A program made the position numbers and the translations under genes. The notes beneath the pieces are model-generated. The model ran no database searches, was not told where the DNA came from, and saw nothing but the letters and a program-made list of their open reading frames with translations. A stretch of DNA of 64,000 nt, taken from NCBI GenBank assembly GCA_965113315.1, contig OZ220371.1; one strand, 5' to 3'. This stretch comes from Podarcis vaucheri (lineage: Eukaryota). Below are positions 38,483-51,430 of the stretch, piece after piece (within the stretch, counting starts at the first letter, position 1; every line of letters starts with the position of its first letter).

Positions 38483-39200
38483 TAACATGCAAATCATGTA
38501 TAAAGCTCTGAGAACCTCAGAATAAGAGTCAGTTAAGACCTTAAGAAGGATTTTCTTTTCTTTTTCTTTTTTCTTAAAAATAGCCTATGTTTTTGCCTGT
38601 TATTAAATATCTTCTTCTGTGGCTGAAAATAAGACAATGCATTAGGTAATTATTCAGCAAACAAATTGAACTGATTATATACAAATTGCATATGTGCCTA
38701 TGGAAAAAAGCCTGCACCGATCTCTGTTAATTGTTTTACTTATCCACATTAACAGATGACTGAAATTACCATCTCAAAGCACCTGCTTATGTATGATGTA
38801 TTATCTTTTAAACAGCCCCTAAGGAACACCTTTAGTCACAGCAGGCCAAAACATGTTCAGCTGTTTCTAAAGAATAAAACCCACATTTCATAAGCATCTT
38901 AAGTTATCCCCTTTGTTTTGGATGCTCACCATCTTTTTGCATTTTTAAAAATAAATTTAAGAAACAAATTTACCATAGCAATACATTTGTTTTCTAACAT
39001 TTTATCTCGTGAAAGGGGACCGGGTATATTCTCATGACAACACACAATTCTGACAAAATATCTGCAAATGTTTTTGAACTTGCACTTTTTATATTTCTAA
39101 AAAGCTCAAATTCTGCCACAAAATGGGTAAATTCTGCTAGATATGTACTCAGCAGGAAAATGTGGAAGTCAGGTGGAGCCTTAAACAGTTACCATATGCT

Positions 39201-39203
<3 letters not shown>

Positions 39204-39244
<41 letters not shown>

Positions 39245-39251
39245 ACACACA
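39204..39251. repeat. (CA)n microsatellite (others near 15364, 25675, 33227, 37920, 44329, 58975)
   Basis: Dinucleotide run. Confidence 0.9.
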
Positions 39252-41356
39252 CCAGTTCCATTTATTAGTTAGAAGCATAATTTCCTCCATTATTAACTGT
39301 TATGACAAATGTGGGAATGTGTGTGGGAGGAAGTGAAACCGTAAAGGAAGGATAGCTGTTTGCTAACAGTCTAATTGGAGCTATTAAATGAGTGTGACTT
39401 GTGTGAGTTCCCTGGAGGTGCTGAGTAATCTCTATCATTATGGCAAGTGCACTCAGTGAAATATTTGAAATCTATTAAATGCAGTGATTTGAATTTCCAG
39501 GCATATGAACCACAATCTTTCCTAGCAAAATACACAATACTTTATATTATTCAGGGACTGCTGCACTTTGCAATATTGGGGGTAGTCTTTCTGTTAAATG
39601 GTACATCACAGCAAGATATTTCTGGATTTGAACCATTAATGGCTGTTTGTCAAATGGTTTGCTCTACTATTTCTGTTTCTGAAATGTACAACATAAAAAA
39701 CCACCACCAGTCACTTAGCATTTGGTATGTTGCAGAATAACTTCTTTGTTTGTTGTCAAGAGTTGTATATTTCTGAATAACAGAGCATTTTATACTTTAA
39801 GTAAATCATGGATAATACTATAGAATATCTTTTCAGAAGGCTGCATAGGCATCTATCAATGTTCCAAAGCCATTTTTTCTTGACAATTTCATGTACCGGT
39901 ATTGTGCCATTGCATGTCCTAAACTGGGGTGTCAGTGTGGGTGAGAACCTATGCTTTTCAGTTGTGGATTGTGCTTATCAAAATGAATTGTTTAGTCCAG
40001 CAGTAATAAAGTGCACCGCAAATTGAGCATTATCTATTCTTCACCCTACCTCCTTTGAGATGTAAAGGTTCAAGAAATATTGAGTTATTTATTGTATCCC
40101 TCTTAAGAAAATCCATAAATGTGCAGCATAAAAACAAAATCCCCATTGCTTTATTTTATGTGTAGCAAAGGCAACTTTGTTTTAATGCATCAGATCACTT
40201 TTACCATTCAGTCAAATGGCACTGACTTCAAAGAATCTCTCCTTCCCAGATAGAAATGGCTTGCTGTATTTTATCAGGTGACAGTTAAGATGTTTGAGTA
40301 CAATTGACAATAAAAGGTGGATGCAGGTTTATCTCGAGGTGAGAGCTATAAAGTGAGAGAGTTAAAGAACAGGTGATTATGATGATGTGAAATATACTGC
40401 TTTGGCATTGCTGAATATAAAGTCTTGTCTTATGGAATTACTGCTTTTTGGTGGAAGCTCTAAAAGGTCTTTCCCTTAGATGGTTCATGGCTGATGGATG
40501 GTTGTCTTCCCTTACTAGCAGTGCCTGTTTTTTAAAAAAATATGAAAACTTCTTTGTGATAGCAGAAGACATTTACCCCTTCTTATGAAACTTTGCTTTT
40601 ATTTTCTGAAGCTGCGCTTGGAGAAATTCTTAAAGTTGATTTTTTCCCCTGTATACATCTACATGTGTATGTTCTATAGCCATATTAAAACTGTGCCTTA
40701 AAGATGTAAAGTGATTTGGAGGGGGGCTGTGGGTTTTGCCCCACAGTTGTGATATTATCCACACTGAGTTGAACTAGCAACGATGAGCCACAGAGGAACT
40801 GGCCCTGTAGATCTGTCATGAGAAGTTGTAGTTCACACAGCTGGACCTTTTATTTGTGAAGACCAGTAAACCATGTCCAATAGTTAGAAATGTTCTGTAA
40901 TATGTTGCTTCATGAAGCACAGATATTTAACAAGGCTGGTGTGCTTGACTGTCAATATAATCATGTCAATCTTTTTAATCAATATTTTGGATTGCTTTTT
41001 AAAAACCGCTTAGAGGTCTTTGGTTCAGGTAAGCAGCATATAAATTTGATTAAATAAACAAATAAATGTGGTGAAAAACCTTTTGGTTCAGTTTTGTTAC
41101 GAAGAATGTAGAACAGACAACCATAGTGCTTAATTTAATATCTCTGCTCACCAGTGAAAACAGAATATTCTGTGGGATGAACAAAAAATGTGACCCAATC
41201 GGCACTTGTGGTTGTGCTATATTTGTAGACTGAACAATTTATACAAACAGTGGGGCCAATCCTCCACCACTTTGCCATCACAGACACATTGTGATTCATT
41301 GAATCACATAGGTTTCTAAAATGTGCCCAACACTAAAGGAGAATGAAAATATATAT

Positions 41357-41492
41357 CAGGCATAGGCAAACTCAGCCCTCCAGATGTTTTGGGACTACAA
41401 CTCCGATCATCCCTAGCTAACAGGACCAGTGGTCAGGGATGATGGGAGTTGTAGTTCCAAAACATCTGGAGGGCCGAGTTTGCCTATGCCTG
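41357..41492. mobile_element. hAT MITE forming a near-perfect hairpin, 8-bp TSD
   Basis: ATATATAT|CAGGCATAGGCAAACTC...GAGTTTGCCTATGCCTG|ATATATAT. Confidence 0.93.
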
Positions 41493-42099
41493 ATATATAT
41501 CTTTCAGATTATATTCCAAGAATTGAAAGATAGTATTTGTACCTGTCTTTTTAAACCAAGGAGCCATTTTTAGGATTGCTAGCAGTGTCAAATCCTGCTA
41601 TGCAGAAACACCAGTTATCTCCAACTCAGTGTCTAAATTAGCAACTGATATCCTGTCATTCACAATACCTCCTGCTGGAAACTTTCTGAGATGATTCATG
41701 AGTGTTTTTCTCAGTTATACTGTCAGCTGACCAAACCTGCCAATCTGCCCAGTGAATTGTCAGAGAGAAAGAACTTCTTAGCAGAACTCTCATAGCAGTG
41801 GAATGGAGAGTCAGACCCCTAAGCGATGTTGAAATGGGGCTAAACAGATTTGGGATTATTTAAAGTCAATTGGTTCAATCCAATCACATAGCACATCAAT
41901 GGTTATTTATTTTCTTGGTTTAAACGAGTGGTTGGCTCAATCATTAGCCTCAAGGAATCCTTGGGATAGGGTGACATCATTCTCAATGTGTTTTAAAAAG
42001 TGAACAAGATAGCTGGCAGCTGTTGTAAGCAGTTAGCATAATTACAAGCTGTACTTAGTGCAGTGAAAGGCTGTGGAGAATGATAACCAAACCAGAAAG

Positions 42100-42780
42100 A
42101 CTGAAATTGAAAACCCAAAGAGATCCCTATACAGTGGGGGGAAAAACAGCAGAAATGTCCCATATGGATTTTCTATGATAGGAAGCATCAGGGCAGGAGA
42201 GAAAGTTGGATTCAGACAAGGAAGAGTCCATTTCAACAAGATGGTCTATCCATCTGATTCTGTTTGAAAGATCTTATATTTCTAAGGTAAAGAAATCATA
42301 AAGCATTCGGTGGTTTTGCTCCATGAAGTACAATAAATAGTTTTCATGGACCCCAAAATAAGACTATGTCAAGTAGGCTTGACGGTAAATGAAAGATGAA
42401 ATATTTTATTGAACACTTAGAGGCAGCTGTTCTAGAAAGCAGAACGAAACTATAATGAAAAAGGTCGCAGGGAAATGAAAATCTATGAACTCACAAGATA
42501 CTACCCAAGCCCATATTTAACATCTCTGGCTGAGCCTCATGCTTGAAAGGAAAGGAGAATAATTTTTGTACTCCTTCAAATGGTGACTTGGAACTGTACA
42601 AGGTTAATCTGGGAGATAGTGAGCAGTAAATTACATTCATGAGACAGCAAAATATCCATAGCCGTCTCCAACTCACTCCAAATGTCTCCAAATGTTATAA
42701 AAAGTGAAAGTTGTAAAAGTGCCAGTTTCACAGATTGAAGTGGTCAAGTGGGCATATATAGGGCAAACCATCTGTTTTGT
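42100..42780 (+). mobile_element. Very old RTE-like RT remnant
   Basis: E..GFRQGR near 42195-42225 and an IEVV..YIGQTI-like stretch near 42735-42772. Confidence 0.35.
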
Positions 42781-42787
42781 AAACTAG

Positions 42788-43015
42788 TCCCAAGCCTTTA
42801 AGGGCAATATATATACTATGTATACTAATAGTAACACCTTGAGCTTGACCCAGTAACAAATCAGGGGCCAATACACATCAGGGTTGTTACAGGCAGACGG
42901 GGTCTCAGTCCTATCAGCAATCAGCACTAACTGCAGTTTCTGGACCAGGCACAAGGAGATCCATACATAGAGTGCATGGCAGTCATTCAGTCTTGAAGTT
43001 ATGACTGCACTACTG
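42788..43015 (-). mobile_element. Degenerate L2 fragment
   Basis: AVITSRLNDCHALYV..LCLVQKLQLV, ICYWVKLKVLLLVY. Confidence 0.7.
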
Positions 43016-43049
43016 TGGTCAAGCGGCCCCTGTCCAGAAATGGAAACAG

Positions 43050-43377
43050 CTGCCATTGTTCAGCCCAGACACTGAGGTCCAGCTCCGAGGGCCTTCTGGC
43101 GGTTCCCTCCCTGCAAGAAGTGAGGTTACAGGGAACCAGGCAGAGGGCCTTCTCAGTAGTGGCACCCACACTGTGGAACGGCCTATGTGAAAGAAATAAA
43201 CAACTATCTGACTTTTAGAAGACATCTGAGGGCAGCCCTGTTCAGGGAAGTTTTTAATGTTTGATGTTTTATAGTGTTTTTAATATTCTGTTGGGAGCCT
43301 CTTAGAGTGGCTGGGGAAACCCAGCTAGATGGGCAGGGTATGTATGTATGTATGTATGTATGTATGTATAAATAAAT
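43050..43377 (+). mobile_element. L2 3' end with (TATG)n tail
   Basis: TLRSSSEGLLAVPSL.EVRLQGTRQRAFSVVAPTLWN; 3' UTR gagtggctggggaaacccagc. Confidence 0.85.
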
Positions 43378-43478
43378 AGGTCCTACCAGCTGGAGCTTCT
43401 AGAAGGCACTTCTAGCCACTGAAGCTACCTAGGCAGTCAGTGATAAAACTGGATCCAGAAGCAGCTCCAAACTAGATA

Positions 43479-43745
43479 CAGTGGTACCTCGCAAGACGAA
43501 TGCCTCGCAAGACGAAAAACTCGCAAGACGAAAGAGTTTTTCGTTTTTTGGGTTGCTTTGCAAGATGAATTTCCCTATGGGCTTGCTTCGCAAGACGAAA
43601 ACGTCTTGCAAGTTTGTTTCCGTTTTCTTAAAACCATTATTATTATTATTATTAATACCCAGGAAACCGTGCTTCGCAAGACAAAAAATTCGCAAGACGA
43701 AAAACCTCACAGAAGGAATTAATTTCGTCTTGCGAGGCACCACTG
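43479..43745. mobile_element. pogo-like MITE family B (cgcaagacg subterminal repeats)
   Basis: TA|CAGTGGTACCTCGCAAGACGAA...TTCGTCTTGCGAGGCACCACTG|TA. Confidence 0.92.
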
Positions 43746-44087
43746 TACCTGCTCCTTTAGGGGAGAAGTAAAACCACATGCAGGACAGGCAACTGGCCAG
43801 CTTCTTGGACACAGGAACTGCAGTGCCTCCATCTTGCCAGAATTCAAACTCAGCATATTCTCCCTTATCCATCCCAGCACTGTGCCCAGGCCCCCCACAG
43901 CCTCTTGTGACTTAGATGTTACGGAGAAATAGAGCTGAGTGTCATCTTTTGTAAACTGCTTTGAGGTTTCTCAATCAAGCAGTATATAAATTTTATGAGA
44001 TAAATAAAACAAATCTGTTTACGAAAAGCACCTTACCTCAAACCTCCTAATGACTATTTGTTACTGAGGATGAGAAACTGCTATTGT

Positions 44088-44312
44088 TAGGGTTGCCATT
44101 GGTCCGGAATTTCCCAGACATACTGAGGATTCGGTCCTTGGGAACTGTGTCTGGGCAGAAATCCCTGAGATTTCAGGGAAAATCCGGATGTATGGCAACC
44201 CATATCGGAAGTGGCGATTTTGGCAATTTCTCGGAGGGAAATAGCTCTAAAACCTCATTTTTTTTGCAATTTTTTCAAATAAAAGCTCACTTTCTGAAAT
44301 ATGGCAACCCTA
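44088..44312. mobile_element. hAT MITE with perfect 8-bp TSD
   Basis: GCTATTGT|TAGGGTTGCCAT...ATGGCAACCCTA|GCTATTGT. Confidence 0.93.
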
Positions 44313-44327
44313 GCTATTGTGGATAGT

Positions 44328-44364
<37 letters not shown>

Positions 44365-45345
44365 CTCTACAAAAGTAGTTTTTCAAACACAAACTACAAA
44401 AGTAGTTCAAGACTTGTTTTGCTTCACTTTTCCTTGGTAATCAGATATTGGCCTTACAAGCCATTGCTCTGACTGCTCAGAAACTCGTACAGGCGGAAGC
44501 CTCCAAGCAATCTCTGGATTCCATTATTTAATGGGAATTGCTTGCACTCTGACTATCCTGCTCTTGGCATGTCTTCATTTTTCAGGTCCAGAGTACTAGG
44601 TTGCCGTCATCCAATAAGCACAAGTCAAAACAGAGTAGCAGTGTGGAACCCCTAGGATTGCCAATAAGGCATCTAAACAATTTGTTGCAATTTTTTGCTT
44701 CAATGGTCTCATTCCCTCTAGCATGCTGTTGAAATGCTCAACTAGATCTTCCATTCACAGAGGATAGACTGATGCTTTCTCTAAGTTAATATTCAAACAG
44801 GCAGCATATTTCTTTCAACAGAGAGACATTCTGTGTTTTGGTCGTGGTGGTGGCAGCAGCAGCAGCAGCAACAACAGCCGTGCTTCCTAAAGGTGCCCAT
44901 CTTGGGCTTTAGTTCTCAGCTTTTTGATAACTCTGTATTTCCAGGACTGGAACTTTTCAAATCTCAGAATAATACACTTAAGCTACACCAAGGTCCCAGC
45001 CTTCCTTATTTGACCATAACTTCAGCAGCAGATAATTTACTGACCAATCACAATCTTGTGCGAAAATGTGTGGGGAAGGACATTATTGAAGGATAAAAGT
45101 TTGATAAAACATTGATCTTAGATTTAGGCAGTAACTATACTAGATTAAAAATAATAATAATAGCAGTAACAACATAAAACTCTTTGACTACTAGTTCATC
45201 CTGCGTTACAATTTGTTCATGCATAATCTTACCCTGCTTCGTTGCCATTGTTTCTTCTGTATGTACATTTCAGCCCAGTAGAAATACTGTGGGAAAGCCA
45301 ATCAGCTTTTGTCCTTCCAAATCCCTCTCTACAGGCCAGTCAGTG

Positions 45346-45385
45346 AATCAGATTTATAAGCTGAAAATCAGATTTATAAGCTGAA
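45346..45385. repeat. 20-bp perfect tandem duplication
   Basis: AATCAGATTTATAAGCTGAA twice. Confidence 0.9.
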
Positions 45386-45447
45386 AACCACTGGCCATCA
45401 CAAGACTGCGAGCAATTGATACATTTTTAAGTAGATGATCCTCAGCA

Positions 45448-45791
45448 CAGGGGCGGAGGAAGGGGTGTGTGATGGGTGCAGGCCGCCCCGGGTGTCACTA
45501 CTAACAAGGGTGACTAAATATCGGGCGGCACTCACTGTGGGGTCTGCAGTTCACCCGAGCCACGTGTCTCTCCCAGGAGAGACGTGGTGACTTTGGTACG
45601 TGCAGGGTCCGCACTGCCCAAACAATGTACCCGCTGCCTCCCCCCCCCAGCTGTAGGGTGGCTGAATGGGAGAAGGCAAGCTGATTCCGGAGGCCCCACG
45701 GTGCGCCACACCCCTATGGGCAGCTCGCCTCACCCTCGCACCGCCCCTGGGCGCATCACCCCAGGCATCCAAGCGGCTTCCACTGCTGCTG
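45448..45791. mobile_element. GC-rich hAT-like MITE with 8-bp TSD
   Basis: CCTCAGCA|CAGGGGCGGAGGAAG...CTTCCACTGCTGCTG|CCTCAGCA. Confidence 0.8.
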
Positions 45792-45825
45792 CCTCAGCAG
45801 ATTGTACCCTGTTTTGTGCATGGTT

Positions 45826-46025
45826 AAAGGTAAAGGTAAAGGTAAAGGTAAAGGAACCCCTGACCATTAGGTCCAGTCGTGACTGACTCTGCGGTTGTGG
45901 CGCTCATCTTGCTTTATTGGCCGAGGGAGCCAGTGTACAGCTTCCGGGTCATGTGGCCAGCATGACTGAGCTGCTTCTGGCGAACCAGAGCAGTGCATGG
46001 AAACGCCGTTTACCTTCCCACCGAG
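45826..46025 (-). mobile_element. Sauria SINE, 5'-truncated
   Basis: (AAAGGT)n followed by cccctgaccattaggtccagtcgtg... Confidence 0.88.
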
Positions 46026-47908
46026 GTAGGGACCGAGCAGCAGTTTACAGGTCTCTCCCCTCTAACCATATTGTGGGCATATTTTGGAATCTCATAGCAA
46101 TACATGCTTTTCTCATTGCACCAACGGGCAATGCCAAAAAGTAACCTGGAGGACCACAACCAGATTTAACAAAATGGTAAAACGATTACAGCCGCACAGT
46201 GTAAGGATGGCATTGTTTTACAGATCTTTCATTAGTTACTATAAGGATGTTGGGAATTCACCCATACTTAATCATACAAGGATTTCATATTTATTGGCTC
46301 AGCTATTAGAAATTCACCCTGGATAACAATTTTTTGGGGAAGGGGCTTGTATCTGGCTTAGGCTGTGATTTCCACAAGTAATCGTTCCCTCTCCAGGGGC
46401 AGGCAGTCTACTTTTAGTAATATAAGTCAGGTATAATTGACATTTTTTTTACCTGTGAATTCAAAGGAAAACCTTGCAATATAGTAGAGACCACTTGCTT
46501 GAACTTCCTATAGTGGCTTAGCCTAAGTTTTCCTTTGAACAAAACCTAAGGGTAAATTTAACTTTATAATAATTTATTAGAAATGGCATTCTTACTGTAT
46601 TTTTTAAACATAGGTTTTTATGGTTTGTCTTTGTGAGTAGTCTTGAACTTGTATAAAGGTGAAATATAAATATTACACTCTATAGAGTTGTTTTTGTTTT
46701 TAAGTGTCAGGCATAAAGTACCAGTGCAAAGGAAATGCAGTTTTTCTGAGCTGCTGAGATAATCTCTGCATCCTGATGAAAAACAGACACTTAATATTGC
46801 AAAGTGTGTCTGTGTGTGCTCATGTAGAGACCCCTGAGAGTGCTTGTGCAAACTACATTATTGTCAGAGCTTGGAAAAGTGTGCTTTGAGTGTGCATCAT
46901 ATTGCAATAAAACAGCTGAAGCCAATACATAAAACGGCTTTAGTATGCATCTTCTTATTGCAAATGCAGAACAGTAAGATAATTTGTGGCTTCCAGTTTC
47001 TGATACCTCCACTAGGTGCCACTGCAACCTGTACAGTATATAATATAATGCAGTTAGAATTCAGTGCCCTTTATTCTCTGTAGATAGCAAACACTGTGTG
47101 ACATCCTGAACGTCTCATATTGCTTTCTGTTTTACTCTTGAGACCTTCTCTTTCCTTTTTGGGGCCAGATTAACAACATTTGGATAGTGTACTCAATATT
47201 TAAATAATACTCTAGTTTGCCCTGTTTGGTCATGTGAGATGAATACAGTTGATTTTTTGTACCACTCAGGATCTTACATTTCAGCTCTTGGGTACTTTAG
47301 ATTATGGCTTGTCTGTCATACTGTGAAACTGACTTACCCTCCATGTTATGCATCCTGCTGGATGGGTCATCTTATGAATTAGTAACTAGTTAAAGAACAG
47401 GATGCATAATGGAAGCATATATGCAGAGTTTTCATAATGTGGTGAGAAACAGACAATGGGATCCTCTATTTAAGGTCTGGTACTAGTGTTATCCCTAAAT
47501 TATCTGGATAGGTGACAGTGAGATACAAAGTTGGCTAAATTATTAATCAACATTAACGACATCAGAACTGTCTATGACTAATTAGGGAGGAGATATTGGT
47601 GTCACTGTAGTTTGCTCCATGAAAATGTAAATGCCATGTTACAGATTAATGGGGGTTGGGGTTGGGAATGAAAATAAGACTTGGTTTTACATCAATTGTG
47701 GTGTACAATCCCAGTTTCCTCATCCCAGTTGCCTCAAAAAGAGAGCTGGGAAAGCTGCAGGAAACAATAGCCGACAAATTTCAAGGTCTTAGGGCATTTT
47801 CCATATGAGGAAACATCTACAGTGTTTGAGGCTTTTTAGTTCAGAAAAAAAAGACACTGGACATGATAGAGGTAAAAAAAAAAAATCCAAGTGATATCTG
47901 CAGCAAAA

Positions 47909-48604
47909 TGTAACAGTATATCCCCCTGCCCCTTGGAATGCTGCTGTTCATCGTACCAGCTGGTTATGCCCTCCAGGATACTCTGGGGTGAAATCAGGTA
48001 AATTCACTCCACGTTCTATAGCTCCTAAGAGACCCTGAACATATTGTGGTGCAAGATTCTTGGGGTTCTAGGAAATAAGGCACAGGGGAAACTGTTGTGT
48101 CTTTAGGATATATGGTTTCTTTGCACATATATATAACCTGAGCCTACAGTGGAGGGGTTCACAGCATCAAATCCATAGCCACAGCCTTGGGTTCAAGCAG
48201 AGATCCTGCCTGACTCTCTCTCTCTTTGCTTTCTGCTTTGCTTCTAGCTCACATCCCTGCCCAAAACTCACAGCTCTTAACTCTGGCTTGCCATCTCCCA
48301 CAGAGCCCCTTCCTTGGTTCTTCTTACAGCTCTCCAGGAGGCTAGCCCAGCTATTCCAAGAATTAGAAGCCTTGATTAGATTTTAACACTTGCTGGATCC
48401 AGGGATTAAAAGGGTCTCTGCATACAGTCTACTTCAACACCCCTCCCTACAAACTCATAACAACATGTAGTCCTTGTTGTCTCCTCTCCCTTTGTGCATT
48501 TACAACACCTTTGTTTCTTAGTTTCCTCCTTGTTGGTTCCAATCATGGTGTGAGCACTAAGTTGCTTTACTTAGCTGTTATGGGGTGAGGGCCAGTCTGT
48601 AACA
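47909..48604. mobile_element. Probable old solo LTR
   Basis: TGTAACAG...CTGTAACA ends; no clean TSD. Confidence 0.4.
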
Positions 48605-49370
48605 AAATATTGGAAGGCGTATGCTTGGCATCTTACAGAAGTATTCCTATTGATGGCTCCAGTCAGCATGGAACAGAAGTCTTGTGCTGCAGTTCAGGCC
48701 TCTTTTTGGGGTGGGGGGCAGAATTTAAACAGCACTAGGGAGCTGCTAGTTGAAACTCAAGTAAACATATTGTGGTTGAAGGCACACAATTCTGCAAAAT
48801 GGAAAGACCATCCCCTAATCTAAAGCTTCTACGTTAGCTACTTACTTTCAGCTATCAGCAGCTTGAGCACACCCTTTCCTCTCATTCACTACCTTCCATG
48901 TTCTTCTCCTCTTTCAACTCACAAACAAACATTCTGTCTCTCAAACTGCTCTTGGACATTGACTTTATTAGTAAGACTCATACAGACTTTTGTTTCCCTT
49001 GCACATTTCCACTGGTGTTGAAATAACTTCCCTTAGAATTCTTCCTAAATGTCTTGCCTTCTCTTTTGACTCTGTTCTTGGGAGAGCTTACTCCTTGCCA
49101 CTTTTCAGACTTCAATTCAGCAAAGTTCTTGAACATTAACTTAAAATTCAGTAGATGCTTGGCTTCTTTGCTGGTTTGGGGTCACTGTAAATCATCCTTG
49201 GCTTTCTGCTTTTGACTGCAGGCACTGCTTTAGAAGAGACCTGTAAAAGCAGAGTAAAATAAGATAGATGTGTCCCTGTTGATAATTTTTGGCTGTATAA
49301 TTTCTGTAAGAAGATGTTAGTTATACACACACACAATTATATTATCAACTTTGCAAAGTGAGCCTTTTTA

Positions 49371-49940
49371 TGTTATAGTGTAAGGCTGAAGAAATTAAGG
49401 GAGCAGTTATACTGAATGTCTGAGCAGATTTACACCCCCCCATGACTTAACCAGGGAAAGGGGGATCAGTGAATGATTGTACTCTAGAGCTGTGCGGGGT
49501 TTGAGAATATGCTGTTGAATGGTTTCTTTAAATGTAAAGGTTCATCATTGTTCCACCCGATGTGTATGTCTTTAAGGGGCCGGAGCAAGGGCCAGAGCAA
49601 ACTAACGAGACCCAGCTTTACAGCTGTGAAACATAGCAGGTGCTGCTGAGTTGTATTGATTAAGCTGTGTCAGCAATTGGGTATAGTATTGGGTGTAGTA
49701 TATAAGGAGCAGCACCTAGCTCTCCCATTACCCTGGGGGATGGGTTGGTGGTTGGGTCAGGTTTGTTGTTGATGTATTTAGTGTAAAAGGAGTTTTTGTT
49801 TTTGTAGTTAAAACCTTGTTTAAGTTATTTTTGAGTCCCTTTTTAATACACGGTCTCCCCAGCAAGCTCTCTGCAGCGCTACCAAACTGCAAATATGCCT
49901 CAGGAATTTGCTTTAACCCCTCTATTTTCTGGGTATAACA
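49371..49940 (+). mobile_element. Probable solo LTR
   Basis: TGTTATA...TATAACA inverted ends; TATA box tatataaggag near 49699; TSD not recognisable. Confidence 0.5.
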
Positions 49941-51059
49941 GGATCTAGGAGGGACCCTATTAAGCTGAAACCTATTTCTTGAGGAAATGTTCCTGGCTTA
50001 ATCACATAACCCGCAAATTTCCTGGAAAAATCAGGACATCTCCTTTTCCCTTGTGAGAGCATGGCAGCCATGATCTCGCACAATTTCACATCAACATTTC
50101 ACCCTGAAAAGTGCTTATTTGGGGCCATGATCTCATGCGGCAGCTCAAAACACATGTTTTGGGGGCGCTGTAAGAGCACGGCCCTGAAGAAAGTGCATAT
50201 TTTGGGCTCCATGATCTCGCGCAGGAGCACTGATGGGAAGATGAGCATCCCAGTTTTGGGACTCAACTTGTTGGAAGGTATGCAATCATCAACTCTGATT
50301 TCTTGGAAGTCCTACCGGCCCCACAATGTGCAAAGGCTTCCACAACCTTCTCTTCTTGTTCAAAGACTTGGCTAAAATGTGCCAAGATCTAGCAGCCTTA
50401 CACAACGTGTTTCTTGCTTTTCTTCATTCTAAAGTCCAGCTACATTTTCCATTTCTGGGTTGTCAGGTTTCCAAGGAAGTGCCTTGTACCCAAGCTTACC
50501 CTGAGATATCCTCCGATGGAAGGGAGTTGACAGTCTTGGGCTTTGCAGAAATATTTATTTCCCAATGGAAACTCAAGGCAGCTTGTTCCCTGTATGTTGT
50601 TTCTTTCCCTGGTGATGTCTGTGAATGAGCCTGAGGCATGTAAAGGCCAAACTAGAGCTTTAATAAATATCCTGACTCTCTGTCTCTCTTTCTCTCTGTG
50701 TTTTTAGAGTGGAAAGTCTGTGTGAAGGAACTTTGGGGATGAGGGGCAGTTTATACATTTCAAGTATTTGACAAAGTCAGCCCTGGTATTTCAGTTAGCG
50801 AACTGGCTAAGCACAGGCTAGGTGCTAATACCATCTGGTGGGGAATTGTACTCAGAGGGGTGGAGAGAATTCCTATGAAATTTGTGGATGCTGCAATTGT
50901 GAGAGGGATAAGCTAACATCCAAAGATAGGAATCAACTCAAAACAATTTTGATAGAATGGGAAACTGGGCCAGAATGCACAAAGCATGATATTAGGCTAC
51001 ATGAACGAGACCCTAGTTTCTAATCACAAGAAACCATAGTGTCACTATTTTCTTCACTA

Positions 51060-51430
51060 ATCTGCTGTTACCTGTAGCACTGTGTCTGGCTCTGACTGCC
51101 ACACTTTAGGACTAAATGGAACATGTTCAGAGGAGGGCAACAAAGATGGTAAGAGAACTGTTAAACAAGTGCCACGAGGAAAGGTTGTAGGAACTCAATA
51201 CATTTAGTCTAGGGAAGAGAAGACCCTGCTGCCCTAGAGGGCAGGGCAAGAACAAATGGGCTTAAGCGACAGGAGGGTAGATTTTGGTTGAGCATTGAGA
51301 GAAACGTCTTAACAAGCAGTTCAACAATGGAAGCAGATACTCAGAGGGCTTCAAGCTGAAGCTGGGTTGATTTCCTGTGTCAAGCAAGGGATTGCACTAA
51401 ATGGCCTACAAGGCGTCCTCTAACTCTGTG
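51060..51430 (+). mobile_element. Degenerate CR1 3' region
   Basis: ggaacatgttcagaggagggcaacaaagatggt...gaggaaaggttgtaggaactc..tttagtctagggaagagaag. Confidence 0.7.

Noticed and set aside
43479-43745. Regularly spaced cgcaagacg repeats resembling a CRISPR array
   Set aside because: Eukaryotic MITE subterminal repeats bounded by TIRs and TA duplications; spacing is irregular and there are no cas genes.
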